A stretch of DNA of 64,000 nt from the human T2T-CHM13v2.0 reference genome, Homo sapiens: NCBI RefSeq assembly GCF_009914755.1, contig NC_060942.1; one strand, 5' to 3'. Of the stretch, positions 1-13,577 are shown piece after piece. The notes below the pieces were generated by a model. It was not told where the DNA came from and searched no databases. It saw only the letters and a list, made by a program, of their open reading frames with translations. Within the stretch, counting starts at the first letter, position 1. Each line of letters opens with the position of its first letter. The position numbers and the translations under genes are program-made.

Positions 1-780
1 TCCCGCCAGCCCCCTCCTTGTCTAAGTCGGGGTCGTGTGTCCCCGCGCGCGCGCGCCCGAGTTACTTGGAGAGGGGACCGTGCGGCTGTGGGCCGGGGAA
101 GACCGTAGGGTCGCGTGTGCTGGTCTTCGGTGCAGGAGTCCCAGGTCCGCTGTGCGGCCGGAGTCACACAGCCCCTCCCTCCGCGTCCGCGACGCCCCGT
201 GACCCGGCAGACTGGGGGTCCACCCGGCGGCGCGGGGGGTTGGTTTGGCTGCGCCGCCCCCAGTCCACGCTGGGGTGACCCCGCACCGAGGCGTTCTATG
301 GGTGTGCGTGCCCGCGCTCGCCGCCGCTGCCTTCGCAGACCGGGGAGAGAGTCAGCGACTGCCAACCGCAGCCCCGGCTCTTCAGTCTGGGGACAGTGGG
401 AGCCCAAGCCCAGCGCGCCCCAGCCCGGCCCAGGCCGCCGCCCGCCCGGCGCTGTGTCTCTGCGGCCCGAGGATTATCCCCCAGTCCAGGGGCCCGCGCG
501 ACCAAGGAGGAAGCCGCTGGAGCCGCCGGCTCGGCCGCGGCTAGAGCCTCCGTAGGGCGAAAGTGACACAGCGCGAGCGAGCGCCGCCGCTGCTGGAGCC
601 AGGGCCGAGAGGAAGGAGCCGCCCAGAGCGCAGGGAGGGGCCGCCGGCTGTCCGTTCCCAGTTCCTCCTGCCCAGGGCCCGATCTGGGCTGAAAACCTCA
701 GGAATCCAGGCTCCTAGCAGGCTCGGGCTGCGCGAGGAGATGGCCTGGCTTTCAAGAAAACCCAATTATACGTGAACAGA
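1..780. promoter_or_regulatory. CpG island (downstream portion, truncated by the window start)
   Basis: Very GC- and CpG-rich, including (CG)6C at 44-56. CpG density collapses after ~800. The TSS/exon 1 probably lies just upstream (inference). Confidence 0.9.
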
Positions 781-1049
781 ATGCACCGAACAGACGCTAG
801 AGGATGGCCAGGACACGCTCAGGTTGTCTGGGGAAACTCCTGAGTGTTTGACACAGGATTCGATTTACACACAGATCACCTCATCTGTGTCAAGTATCTG
901 TCCTGGATAATGGATGCTCAGAGGCAGCAATTTTGTAACACATTCTAGGGCACAGTGTCATCAGTGATTAACAGCTTGCTAGAATAATAATATGTTTGTA
1001 TGACCTTACAGGGCAGGTTTTCTTCCCCCAGAACCTCCCCCCTCCCCCG

Positions 1050-1150
1050 CCAGATATCATAGCATTTATTAAGAGGGTCCTGTGAGGTAGGAGAGTATTA
1101 GCCCCATTTTACGGATGAACACACTGAGGCTCAAAAATGTGGCTTGCATA
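1050..1150 (-). mobile_element. MIR SINE fragment
   Basis: MIR core 'tattagccccattttacggatgaacacactgaggctca'. Confidence 0.7.
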
Positions 1151-3399
1151 AGGCCTCTGGGTGGGGGAAGGGCCACATTCCCCCTTTTCTCAGCTTATGG
1201 CATTTAATTAATAGTGGCCACTTTTTTTCTGAGTATGGATTCTTGACACCTCAGGAAATACTGAAGCTAAAAAATAGAGTATATTATGCTGACACATATT
1301 CTTTCTCAAAACACTCTTGATTTGTTAACCATTCCTAATGAGAGCAGCCACTAAAGAACGGAAGTCTGCATTGCTGTTATTACCACGCATTTAATAATTT
1401 GCTGTTGGTGAATGGATAGCAGCTGTGATACATCCAGTTTCTACCAGAATCATATGTGCATATAATAAATGTATATGGTATGCCTGTTCATGTAACACTT
1501 ACCTGTGTTTGTATGGCTGTGTTCATTGAGTCTTTATTGAATTCAAGGAGCAAAGAACTTATACATGCCTGCATGGATTTCTCAGAATTCATGCATGTGA
1601 AGGCTGTCAGACAGCCTGGAGGGTTATTAAGTTTAGCCAACTAATCAATTAATTAACCATTCACTCAATATGTACTGGGCACCTACATGTTTGTGTATCT
1701 AGAAGTGCATACAAAGAAAACTTAACAAATGTTAATTAAGTCCAGCAAATGTTTATGAAGCACCAGCCTCACTTAGGCCAGATACTCTGCTTCTCTACAA
1801 AGATAGTAGAGCAGAGATAGTTAAGTTGCAATGCAATAACACAGCCTACAGGAGGGAACAAATCATAAATATTTTAGAGCAGTCACCCTGGAACTTAGTT
1901 TCACATATGTTGGTTTCAAGGGGCCCAAGATGCCAGTTCTTATTCTAGAGCAAATGCAGAAGGAAGCGATGGGGAAAAAACACCTTGATAGCCTTGTTAC
2001 CCTGAACTTCAGGCTGTTTGCAACCTCCCGGGAGGGCCCAGAGGTATGTTCTTCTGTGGAAGTTAGGCAGCTGATGGAAATTACCCTGAAGCCAACCAAC
2101 AGGTTTCTGGCGACACGGAGCTAAGGAGATGTTCTCCGTGGTCCCGCCCCAGCTCAGATGTGCTGTGACTCAGGGACAGGCTGTGGCTTTGGTCAAGGTC
2201 TCACTCAGGCCCTGCCTGGGTGTAGGAGTTTCTGCCTTACAGGTCTGTGTAGGTGTGTTAATACAAGTCTGCTTTTTATCTAATCCCAAACTCACCGTCT
2301 GGTCCCAGATATTGTCCTCTAATTTCATTTCTGTTTTGGGCTCCATTGCCCTTGTTTTAAGGTTATGTTGTTTGCAGCTCAGGTCATGAAGGAGGAGGCA
2401 GGAGATGGGTGGTTAGGTTGGAGAGAGAATCCTGAGCCCAGATAGAGAACAGGAGGTACAAACATGCAGGCAAATTGCAGTTTCTGAGAATTCTCCACAC
2501 GTGGTGGCATTTCTGCATAACTTACCTGATAACACAGCCCCATTTGATGTCCTTGGCTTGGCAGGGGGAGGGGGCGTCTACCTCTGGGCCTCACTGCTGA
2601 CTCACCGGCACCCTGAGCTCAGCTGCTTCCTTTCAGGTTTGGGTTTTCTTTTGCCCCTGCCTCCCGCTGTGTGCGGTTTAATTTAGAACCTTGCTATAAT
2701 GGTGGCCTTCTCCCTGTGTTAGCACCGTGCTCTCAGCATGCCTCTGACTTTGGAATTAAGGCCAGAGCTGTGGTTCACAACGGGGTGAGAACAGACACAT
2801 CCTTGGATCTCCGGCACCCAGAGCTGGGGAGGACTTTGAAGATGATCTGATCTTCACGTGAAGACCTGAAGCCTAGGGAAGTGGAATGACTTGCCTAAGG
2901 TCATGGTGAGCCCTTAGCAGAGTGGGTAAAAAATCCTGGAATTTGAGATTTCATCCAATCTTCTTTCTATGTACCGTAATGCTTTCTGGAAAAAAGTTAG
3001 GTTCTTCCCAAAGAGTGAGAACTCTTTATCTTCTTCTCTCCTGTCTTCTGGTTCTGGGAAGGGCTCTGAAATTCATTTGACTTCTCTTTCCTTCACAACT
3101 GGCCCTTCCTGCCTTATCTTCATCTTTGGCATTCATGAGCAAATGAAGGTCTGTATTTGGGAAATATAGGGTGTCTTGGTGTCCTACAGTGCTCTTAAGC
3201 TTGGTCTGTGGCTTTCTGGCCCTGAGGCAGGGTCCTCAGGAACCTTTTGGAAGTGTTTGCAAAGCTGGGATGCGTGTGTACTTTTCTAGGAAGAGAATCT
3301 ACAGATTTCATTTGATTCTCAACTGACTCAAGTAAGGACAAAACTACTGGTAGGGAGAAGGACAGAAAGGTTGGATAGTGGTTGGTTGACACTGGGGCT

Positions 3400-3630
3400 A
3401 CTTTAATACGCTGCACTTGATTTGGCTTTACAGTTTGCAAACTATTTCACACAAATTATCCCATCTGCCTTTTATAATAGGTGGTTATCGTTATCAGCCT
3501 GTGAGGCAGTTGTTGTTATACCCATTTTGCAGAGCAGGAAGCTGAGCCTTCATGGTTAGTGGCATGCCCAAGTCACGAGTAAGCAGTAGAGCAGGGATAT
3601 GAACCCTGACTTCAGACTTCAGGTCCAGTG
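3400..3630 (-). mobile_element. MIR SINE
   Basis: 'cccattttgcagagcaggaagctgagcc...gcccaagtcac...agagcagggatatgaaccc' matches the MIR core. Confidence 0.7.
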
Positions 3631-3979
3631 CTCAGGGCTGAGGTGGCTTGCTGTCTGACATCATTATGATGAACAGAAAGCCTTGAACTTCCCAGAGCTT
3701 CTTAATGCCTACTGTTCACTCATATTCGGCCACAGAGCCAGACCCAAATGCTCACTTACCCAAGGGGTAGGGGAGATAAAGTATGGGAGGCAGTTACCAT
3801 AGCAACGATCTGTAGAGTGGAGCCAGTTTGGGATGGTTTCATGGATGAGGTGAATTTGGGAGTAGGCCTGGGTAATGGTGGAGGAGGTTTTAGGCTGGGG
3901 CAATGGCCCAAAAATGGTTAGGGGGCAACTAGGTGCTTGGGGTGGGTAGAACAGACCTAAGAGGTTTACTTGATCATCC

Positions 3980-4960
3980 TGCAGTCGGTGCGAGCTTCAC
4001 AGTAGTTGTCGGGCTGCTTTTCTATGCCTGTCTTTGTGCTAGGCCCTGGGGCTATGACAGTGAACAGGTACAGCCCCCTGCCTTCAAGCAGCCAGCTTTC
4101 TAGTGGGAGAGACAGATGCATAAACAGTTCCATTCAACGTCATGTGGGAAGTCTAGGTAGAGAGAAGCCCAAGGCCCTTACAGCGGCACAGACAAGGGGC
4201 AGCCACCTGCTCCGGCCTCAGATGTCAGGGAGGGCTTCCTAAAGGAGACGGCTCAGGAGCTGAATCTTAATGGATGAAAAGGAACTGGCCAGGAAAGGAG
4301 ATGGGAGACGGGCATTCAGGGAGAAGGCATGGCGTGCGCAGGGTGTGGAGGCATGAGGCTGCCTGGGTGTAGGAAGGAACCGCAAGCAGTGAGGTCAAAT
4401 GCAAAGGCGGAGATGCAGACAGCGCTCAGAGTGGAGGAGCTTTGTAAGCCTGGTTTCAGACCTTGGCTTTTAGCCTGCAGGTAAGGCATAGAGGAAGGAC
4501 TTTAATCAGAGAGGTGTACAGCCTTGCTTGGATCGGAAGGGAACAGGACTGGGAGCCAGGCGGCCATGGGACTGGTGAGGCAGTAACAGGCTCTCCACGG
4601 CATCCAGGTCATAGGGGGTGAGACCTGGAACAAGGGCCATGCATCTAAGGATGGACCAAAGGTCATACATTAAAATTAGTTGGGAGTAAAGTCCGCAGTG
4701 ATTACTTAGACTTGGGGGATAAGGGAATCATCTCAGTGGCTCCCAGGTTTGTGGCCTCACTGACTAGATGGACGGCAGCTCTTAACTCAGGTGCGAACTT
4801 CTGGTTGCTGGAGCAGGGTCTGCTGGGGTTGGGGTGGGAGGGAAGATCATGGTGAGTTCAGTGCTCCGGTATTGAATTGGAATTGCTGGTAGGATAGTGG
4901 GGTGGTGCTGCCCTACAGACAATGCACTGTGCAAGCTAGAGGCTGCAGAAGTGTGTGCCC
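3980..4960 (-). mobile_element. L2 LINE relic
   Basis: 'gtgctaggccctggggctatgacagtgaacagg...ctagtgggagagacaga...gtcagggagggcttcct...gagctgaatcttaatggatga' is typical antisense L2 3' region. Confidence 0.65.
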
Positions 4961-7900
4961 AAGCTGAGCCCTGGGAGCGGGGAAGCATTGGCCACTGAGC
5001 GTAACCACGGTGAGGGCTGCTGTAGACAATGAGAGCAGACCTCTTCCTCCCATTGTCAGATAATCCTTTGTCATGCCGGCCGCTGTCGTCAGGGAAGCCA
5101 GGCGGGGATGCTGTGTCATGCTGGAGGCCCAGCTGGCAGAATCCAGCAACAGCCAAGAGCGTGTTTCAGCTGGAAGCATTAGAGTGAGTTAGGGGAGAGG
5201 CATTTCGCTTTTTAACATCCACAGTGAGCAGAGCCCTGTCCCAGCCCCTTGGAGTGTACAGAGTGGGGAAGCCCTGGAACCTGCTTCCAGGAGCAGGTAG
5301 TTTTGTTGGGGAGAGAAGATATGAACATATGAAGCCACTAAAAAGCTGTAACAACCCCAGGGAAGAGTGGAATGCAACTTAAATAGAGTGTTGCAGATCC
5401 CTCTCTTCCTGCCATACTTCATTTTTATAGAGCTGATGTGTTTTAGGCAAACGTCCAGTCTTTGCATGTTTGAATTCTCAGAACCGACAATAGTGCCTGG
5501 CACATTGTAAGTGTGTGTTCAGTCTATGTTTGTGGATCTGCAGGGATGTACCCAGAGTTAGTCGTCTGGGGTGGGAGGTCAGTCAGGGAAGGTTTCCATA
5601 AGCACGTCCAAAAGGGGCATCCCAAGACTGATTTAGAATACTTTTAGTACCACAGTGGAGTAAAAATCTTGAAAACCTTCCAATGACAGAGCACCTAGAA
5701 AGGCTGTGTAAGCTGTAGCTAGCGTCCTTTCAAAGAAGAGCTAAGCTCATGGAATGTAAGGGAAATCCCCAGGGATCTCAGGCAGTGTGGACGGTGAGCT
5801 CCAGCTGAGGCTCGTCTAGGCCTGGGGGTTGGGAGAGGTGTTGAGGGGTGCTTCCTGGCCTCAAAGCCCAAGGGTTTGAGTCGTGACTGCATCTCCTCCG
5901 AGACTAGAGATGATACCAGGAATCAAGAGCCCTGCCTAAAACAGGACCTGGTAAAAGTTTGCATGCTGGGAGAAAGGATGGACTAGACAGCAGCCCGTCC
6001 GCATGGGGGATGGAAAGTGGGTGTGCTGCTTTTTGTCTTGACCTGGATGTGAGGTGGAGAAAAATCTTCCCTAGAAATGTGAGACCTCAGGCCTGTTAGA
6101 GCTTTGAATGTCCACTACACATGTGGTCCAGGAGGCCCTCAAGAGAGAAATTAGCATGTAAAGACTTGGGGGCCAGTGTCTTCCTGACTGTGAGCTCTAG
6201 GGCATCAGGGGCCTGGGGAGAGTCTGGGGCTCTTTGCCCTTTGCTGACTTAAATCTCCACCTTGGGAGATGCTTTGCGATCAGGGCAGGGTAAGTGAGGG
6301 AGGAGAGAGAAGAGAAAGGGCAGAGGTGCCCCTCGGTAGGAACCTTTTAAAAGGGCCTTGGAGACAGCTGCACAACTCGGGGAGGCATGTGCAGGATGGC
6401 AGAGAAGGACAGTTCCATCCAAGCCTTCATCTCTTAGGAAAAAACTTCAGATGAGCCCCGTCTAGGAAGCCCAGAACATTCTCCCTACTGCATACTCAGG
6501 TCAGGTTCTTACAGATAAGGTTTCTTTCCAGGGTCCCCTTAAGGGTGCCCTGTGCAGATTGCAGTTGCTACTGGTCCTCTAGACTGGGCACTACATTGTC
6601 TTCCCATGCTCAGAGTCTTTAGTTCCTACAGTTTCAAACTCAGGAGACATCTTAGAGGTCATCTGGTCAACCCTCCACCTGGTGTGGGAATCCTGACTGC
6701 AGCAGCGCTTGGTTCCAATGTGCTTGCTGCTTGTGGCCGGGAGTTTATTGCCTTGGAGGCAGCGCCTTCCCTTATGTTATAGCTGGAAAGGCCTTGTACT
6801 GAGCTCTGGCCACCCTCCTCGCTGGCCATTTTCACCCATGGCCCCTGCAGCTGTTGTGAGAGATGGTTTCTAGACCTTTCACCATCCTGCTTGCTTCTGC
6901 TGGAAGGGCCTCCATTTGTCAAGCTGAGATTCTGTGAGAATCCAGCCAACTTCTGTCCTAACTTACTTCACACAGAGGCAGCTTTTGAAGATAGATGTGA
7001 GGGTAGCTGAGCCGGCTGCATAGGCGCAGTCTGTGATGGGGGAGTTCTGAGAAGCTTTGGCTCGGTGCTTTTCGGATGATCATGAGAGAGGCAGCAGCAC
7101 CTGCTGCAAGTTCCTTCCTCCGACGCCCAGAATACATTTCAGCTTATAAGTAAGTAACTTGGGAATCCCATGCAGGGAGCTGTGTGGAATTTATTGAGTG
7201 CAGGGAGTTTATTGAGTGCCTGTTAAATGCCAGGCACAATGCTGGGCGCTCTCTGTGTGCCTCGCTAAATGAAAGTAACCTCTCTGAGGGAGACAGAGAG
7301 GCAGAGATATGGTAATGCCTAACTGTAGTTATGACAATTGAGCCCTGAAGGGATTCAGAAAGAATGTGTGTGGTTCCATCCAGAGTGGGTGGAGCTGACA
7401 CATTCCCCATGCTGTTCCCTTATAGGGCCTTCCCCTGGGGTAGGCAGTATCATGATCTCACCAGTAGCTGGGAACACACAGGCCTGTCCCACACTCTTGG
7501 GGCATTTGCTGAGATACTTACACGTTTGAACCATGAGATCAAGAAAGTGACCTGCTAGAGAATTCACATCTTGGCATGTCACCAAACAGGCTGGTGTTTA
7601 CAAGCAAAGTATTTTTTACAGCATGCGGTTTATCTGTCTCCGGTATCTACCTACAGTACCCTGGGCACTCTCAGGAAGCAAAATGTCTTTCTGTTCCTCC
7701 ATCTCCTTGATGCTTGGCATCTGTGTGGGTCACATATTCAGCAGATTGGGTAATAAAGAGCATGCGTTGCCTTTGCAGCAAGGTTGCATCAGATGGCTGG
7801 ACGTGCCTGGATGTGCTCTGCCACTGGCATGAAGGACCCTGTGCAGACAAGGCCAATAGTGAAGGTCAGGGATTCCAAGAAAGCACCCAGTTTCTCCTCT

Positions 7901-8569
7901 TCTCCCTCTAAAAATGGTTTCTTCTGCCCACATTCTATTGATTTGCCTTAATCCTTTTAGCTGTTAACCTTTGCCTCAGTTTAGTGGACACACATGGTAT
8001 CTGCAGTGGGTCTGGCTCTAGGAGTGAGGTGAGATGAATTGAGGTAAGCCTGGCAGGGTCCCTGCTGCCCATCTGCCCATCTTGCTGGGGAAGACAGAAT
8101 AGCCTTGCGCTAGTGTAAGGTGGTAAGTATGGGGTCAGGAGAATGAAAAGGGTGCCAAGGCAGCCAGAAGTCGGATGACTGTGAATTTTTTTTTTTTCCA
8201 ATGGATAATCATGCTGGGACACAGATATAAACTGAGGTTGTCCTGGGTAGGTGAGGGCTTATGGACACATGGGCCAGGGAGGGCGTATGCATGTGGGTCA
8301 TACCTGACACTATTATCAGACACTGTTATCAGTCATTTATACTGCAGGGTGCACATAGGGGTGATGGGGGAGGTGCTCGTGCACAAGAGGAATTGGCAGC
8401 TGTTTCCTTCCTTTGCTTAGAGGACGTAGGGGAAAGCATTATCTGTGGGGACTGAACTCAGAATTCAGATGGGGCTCAGTTTACAGCCACAGGGTTCTAT
8501 CTTATATCTCACCATGATCTCAGTTTGGGGATTGGGGTGGAAGTATGGACAGATGAAAACCATCGGGCT

Positions 8570-9080
8570 TGTGGGATGTTATTGGCTACAGGTAAAAGAA
8601 CAGTGTACTAACGATGGCTTTAAAAACAAGGTGTTTCAACTCAGCCAGAAGTCTAAAGGTAGGAGCTCTAGGGTTGGTTCATTCAGGGAGTCAGCGATCA
8701 TTTCAAGGACTCTGTCTAACCTAGGCTGCCATCTTCAGCACATTGGCCTTTGTTCTCAGGCCAGTCCCCTTATGGTCATAGCATGGCTGCCACTGCTCCG
8801 GGCATCATGTTCTCACATAACTGCGTCCAAAGGCAGGCAGGAAGGTTAGATTCTCCTTGTCTGTCTTAATTTGTCAGGAAGGGAAGCCTTTCCCAGAATT
8901 CCCCTGCTGAAGATTCTATCAAGTCTCCTTGAAGAGAAACGGGTCAGTACCCATGCCTCCGCTCCAGTGGAGGAGGAGAAAGCAAGTCCCTGGTGCTTTC
9001 GCCTCATCTAGAGCAAGAGGCAAGCTGTGTTTGCAAGGAAGTGGGGAAGGGAGCAATGGTTGGCTAAGCAAAGAGGAACA
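8570..9080 (-). mobile_element. Old MaLR LTR (MLT1J/K-like)
   Basis: 'ggctttaaaaacaagg...atggtcatagcatggctgccactgctccgggcatcatgttctcacat' resembles MLT1J/K. Confidence 0.55.
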
Positions 9081-10189
9081 TTTACTTCACCAAGTTTCAA
9101 GATGTTTTTATTTATTGAGGGGGAGTTAGTGAATTAGCTTTACTTTTTTTTATATCTCAATATTGTTGAGGTTTTTGTTTGTTTGTTTGTTTTTTTAAAA
9201 TCTCACCCCCTAGTTCTGGCAACCACCAACCTGGTTTATATCACTATAGGTTTGCCATTTCTGGTAATTATTACTTCTTAAGCCACAGGTAATGCTGGTG
9301 CATAGGATCCCAGGTGTTCCATGGATGCCTTTTTTGTGGTCCCAGGACATGGGTTCTGTGGTCTGTTCTCCCAGCAGCTCCTCCACTTTCCCGACACTGG
9401 GGCCAGGTGGAGAACCCCAGTAGGCAGAATTGTCCAGAGGGAGGGAGCATATGTCACTGGTGGCCTAGGCAGCAGGACTGGAAAGGCCTGAGGGCCTGAG
9501 GCTCCAGTGGGTTGGTAGAGGATGGCAGTCACCTTTGCAGGCAGCTGTGGGTTGGGGAGAGGAATTGGTGCTCAGCTGTGGCCTGCACATTCTGCAGAAT
9601 GAGTTATGTTGTCCCTGCTGATTGGGAAGCCTGGCCCCAGGGAATGCAGGGTGTGGGAAGATGGTGGTGGATGCCACCTTCCCCTCCCCAAACCACTATC
9701 CCCTCTATACATACACATGCAAACAGCCCAGGCCGTGGGGCTGACCATGCAAGCTAAGAGACAAATCTGTCCCCTCTGGGCTCCTCTCCACTCTGCTCAG
9801 GTTGTCACTGTGTCCTCCTCCCCCTCTTCCCACAGCACAGTCTGTGGGTTGCTAGAGCACTTAGCACTTCCCATCACTCCCTGCCTCCTCATCATTCCTT
9901 GGATACTTGCCTATCTGTCCCCTGGGATCATGAGCACCTTGCTACTGTCCTGGGAGTCATCAGGGCATTTCCTATAGGGCTAGGGTGGTGCCGGCCACAG
10001 GGTCCATGCTTCATGGAAAAAAAAGTATTTTTAAGGCAAGATACATATTTCTAGAAAGGGACTTGTTCATTTGGTTATCTGTCCAGATTCCAAACCAGTT
10101 CCGTGTGGCACTGCACAGTGCCATGGACGAGAACTTACGGATCTCTACATGTTTTCCTCCCTAAGAGGAAGAAAGGTAATCAACTATCC

Positions 10190-10560
10190 TGTTCTGGGCT
10201 GAATTGTGTCCTCTCAAAATTCATATGCTGAAGTCCTAACTCCAGCGCCTCAGAACTGGATTGGTGGCCAGGCCTTTAAAGAGGTAATTAAGGTAAAATG
10301 AGATCATGAGAGTGGGCCCTAATCTAGTATGACTGGTGTCCTTAAAAGAAGAAGAGGACACAGATAAGACACAGATGGGGTCAACAGTGTGAGGATGCAA
10401 CGAGAAGGCAGCCATCTGCAAGTCAAGACGGAGGCCTTGGAAGAAGCCAGCCCTGCCAACACCTTGATCTTGGACTTCCAGTCTCCAGAATAAATACATT
10501 TCTGCTGATGAAGCCACCCAGTCTATGGTGGCCTGCTATGGCAGCCCTAGCAAATGAATA
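10190..10560 (+). mobile_element. MaLR solo LTR, MLT1B-like
   Basis: Starts 'tgttctgggctgaattgtgtcctctcaaaattcatatgctgaagtcctaac', ends 'ggcagccctagcaaatgaata'. Confidence 0.8.
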
Positions 10561-10718
10561 TGGAAGGATTCTCCCCTGCAGCTTGTGGAGGGAGTGTGGC
10601 CCTGCTCACACCTTGGTTTTGGACTTCTAGCCTCCAGAATTATGAGATCATACATTTCTGTTGCTTTCAGCCACCTGATTTGTGGTCCTCTGTTATGGCA
10701 GCCATGGATACTAATACA
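10561..10718 (+). mobile_element. MaLR LTR 3' half, MLT1C-like
   Basis: 'ggaaggattctcccctgcagc...gagtgtggccctgctcacaccttggttttggacttctagcctccagaa...ctaataca'. Confidence 0.7.
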
Positions 10719-10979
10719 CATGCATTGTGTGTTATGCTTGTGTTTAGGACTTCACCCCCTAAGTGTATTTCATCTTTCAGCTCTGAGTGTAGTTGTTATT
10801 CTTCTCTTTTGCAGATACACCTGAAAAGTTAGCATTCCTCCTGAGGTCACACAGGGAAGCCAGGCTAGAAACCCAGGCCTGTGTGGACTCTGGCCTGCAA
10901 GCTGTTGCATTTGGGCAGTGGGGAGATGTCTGTAAACGCAGGGATTGAACAGGTGGTCTTTCTCCTGAAACCTGGGTGA

Positions 10980-11300
<321 letters not shown>

Positions 11301-11417
11301 TAATAATAACTTTCAAAGCCTAACAGTTGCTAAGTATTGTGGTGTCATAGTAAGCACTTTGCATGTGCTGTCTTCATTAGCCATTACAGCTTCTGTTTCA
11401 TAGATGAGAAAATGAGG

Positions 11418-11581
11418 GCACTTCTTCCAACGGGGACATTTAAGCAAGAAAAGCCAGTGACTTGGCCAAAGTTGCATACCAGGCTTGCCAGTGAGAAGAC
11501 AAACTGAGGACGGGTTCTCTGAACTGTGCCCTCTTGGCTCTCTAGAAAGAACTGTGTGGAAATTTCTGGATTCCTGTGTCT
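11418..11581 (+). repeat. 164-bp local duplication, copy 1 (copy 2 at 13414-13577)
   Basis: Manual alignment: same length, about 10 differences. Confidence 0.95.
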
Positions 11582-11920
11582 TAGTCCATTTGGGCTGCTA
11601 TAGCAAAATACCATAGACTGAGTAGCTTATGAACAGGAGAAACTTATTTCTTGGGCTAGGAAGTTCAAGATCAAGGTGCCAGCAGATTCAGTGTCTGGTG
11701 AAGGCTCAATTTTTCATAGATTGCACCGTCTCACTGCTTCTTTTCATGATGGAATGGGTGAGGACGTTCTCTGGGGTGTCCTTTATGAGGGCACTAACCT
11801 CATTCATGAGGCTCTGCCCTCATGACCTAATTGCCTCCTGAAGGCCCCACCTCCTAATACCATCGAGTCAGTGGTTAGATTTCTAACTTGTGAATTTTGG
11901 GGGGATACATTCAGACAGTA
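11577..11920 (-). mobile_element. MaLR LTR (MLT1A/MST-like) inserted in a MIR
   Basis: 'tgtcttagtccatttgggctgctatagcaaaataccatagactg...acattcagacagtagc'. MIR halves lie at ~11320-11420 and ~11921-11995. Confidence 0.8.
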
Positions 11921-12831
11921 GCGGAGGTTGAGTGTTTTACCCCAGGCCACACAGCTAAGAAGTGGCATAACCAGTTTTGCTCAAGCTTTGCCTGTCACAC
12001 ACAGGGATTGGCAGGTTCCCCTGTAGTCCCCTGATGTTCTGAAAAGGTCACTGGTCTTAGATTGGCCACCTGTGATCTGGCTGCTCTCAGGGAAGTCACT
12101 TCACATCTGGGTGCTTTGTCCTCGGTGACCTCAGGGCTTGGACGATATAATACTAAAGTCTCTGATCCTCTCATTCTGAGGTTCCCAGTGCCCATCCTTC
12201 TATAATACAGGGATTAGGAGGGAGAATCCCTGAGATGTTTTTGACATTTGCCTACACCTGAGGGAACAGTTGCACATCTTCCTGATACGGCCAGTTGGAA
12301 GTGTGGTTTGGCCATTCATTCCTTCCCTACAAAATTACCTCTTTGCACAAGGTAGAAATGATCCCCACCTTGTGCCAGGTTTGTTCTAGGCTTTTGATGG
12401 TGTGGGCTTTGAGTGACGTCCACAAAAGCGTGTGGGGAGAGGGTTGCTGGTGAAGTGATGTCACTGTGATTTCCTCCTCTAGGTGAAACAAAAACGTGGT
12501 TGCCTGCAGCCTCATTCGCACCAGAGAGAAGCCAGCCACGGGCGTGGCAAGCCTTGGAGGCCCAAGTTGAGCCAAAGACCTCTGTGTCTTTCCCTCCATC
12601 CTGTTTCCGTTTGCCTTTAGGCCCAGGTGGCTGGCAGATGACGGTGAGGAGCGGGTGATGGGGTAATTCCCGGAATGCAAACTGTAACCAGGGCAGTCAG
12701 AACAAGGATTGTTAACCTGCAGCCGCCCAGCTCCTGGCTCATCCCACGAGGCGTTCGTGATTTTACTCACCTCATTAGAAAAGTTTACTTAATGTATCTG
12801 TCGTAGATTTTAGAACTGGAAAAGAGGTTGA

Positions 12832-13149
<318 letters not shown>

Positions 13150-13413
13150 AAAGTTCCTGATTCTCTGCGGCCCACTCATGACCTCAGAGCTCCAGACTCC
13201 CAAGCTCCCTGACACCAGTATTTGGGTGGATGGGAAGAGGCCTGCAGATTGCAGTGGGTGAAGAGGCTGTGCACACCCAGCTGCTGTGGTGGAGTGGCTG
13301 TCCGCCAGTGTGACCAGCTAAGTTGTCTTCTCATTTCTTGCTGTTGTTGGTGCCACCAGGGGTCCTTACCCCTGGCATTGTTGTGAGGTGCCTAGGGAGC
13401 TGGCAGGGCTAGT

Positions 13414-13577
13414 GCACTTCTTCCAATGGGAACATTTAAGCAAGAGAAACCAGTGACTTGGCCAAGTTCGCATACCAGGCTTGCCAGTGAGAAGACAAAC
13501 TGAGGACTGGTTCTCTGAACTGTGCCCTCTTGCCTCTCTAGAATGAACTGTGTGGAAATTTCTGGGTTCCTGTGTCT
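13414..13577 (+). repeat. 164-bp local duplication, copy 2 (probable donor)
   Basis: Matches 11418-11581 and sits in apparently unique sequence. Confidence 0.95.

Noticed and set aside
18-775. Pro/Arg/Gly-rich ORFs in the CpG island
   Set aside because: Expected from stop-codon scarcity in GC-rich DNA; non-ATG starts, no recognisable domain and no clear + strand donor.
10105-10122. Palindrome tggcactg-ca-cagtgcca
   Set aside because: An 8-bp stem is expected occasionally by chance and is too short for a pre-miRNA.
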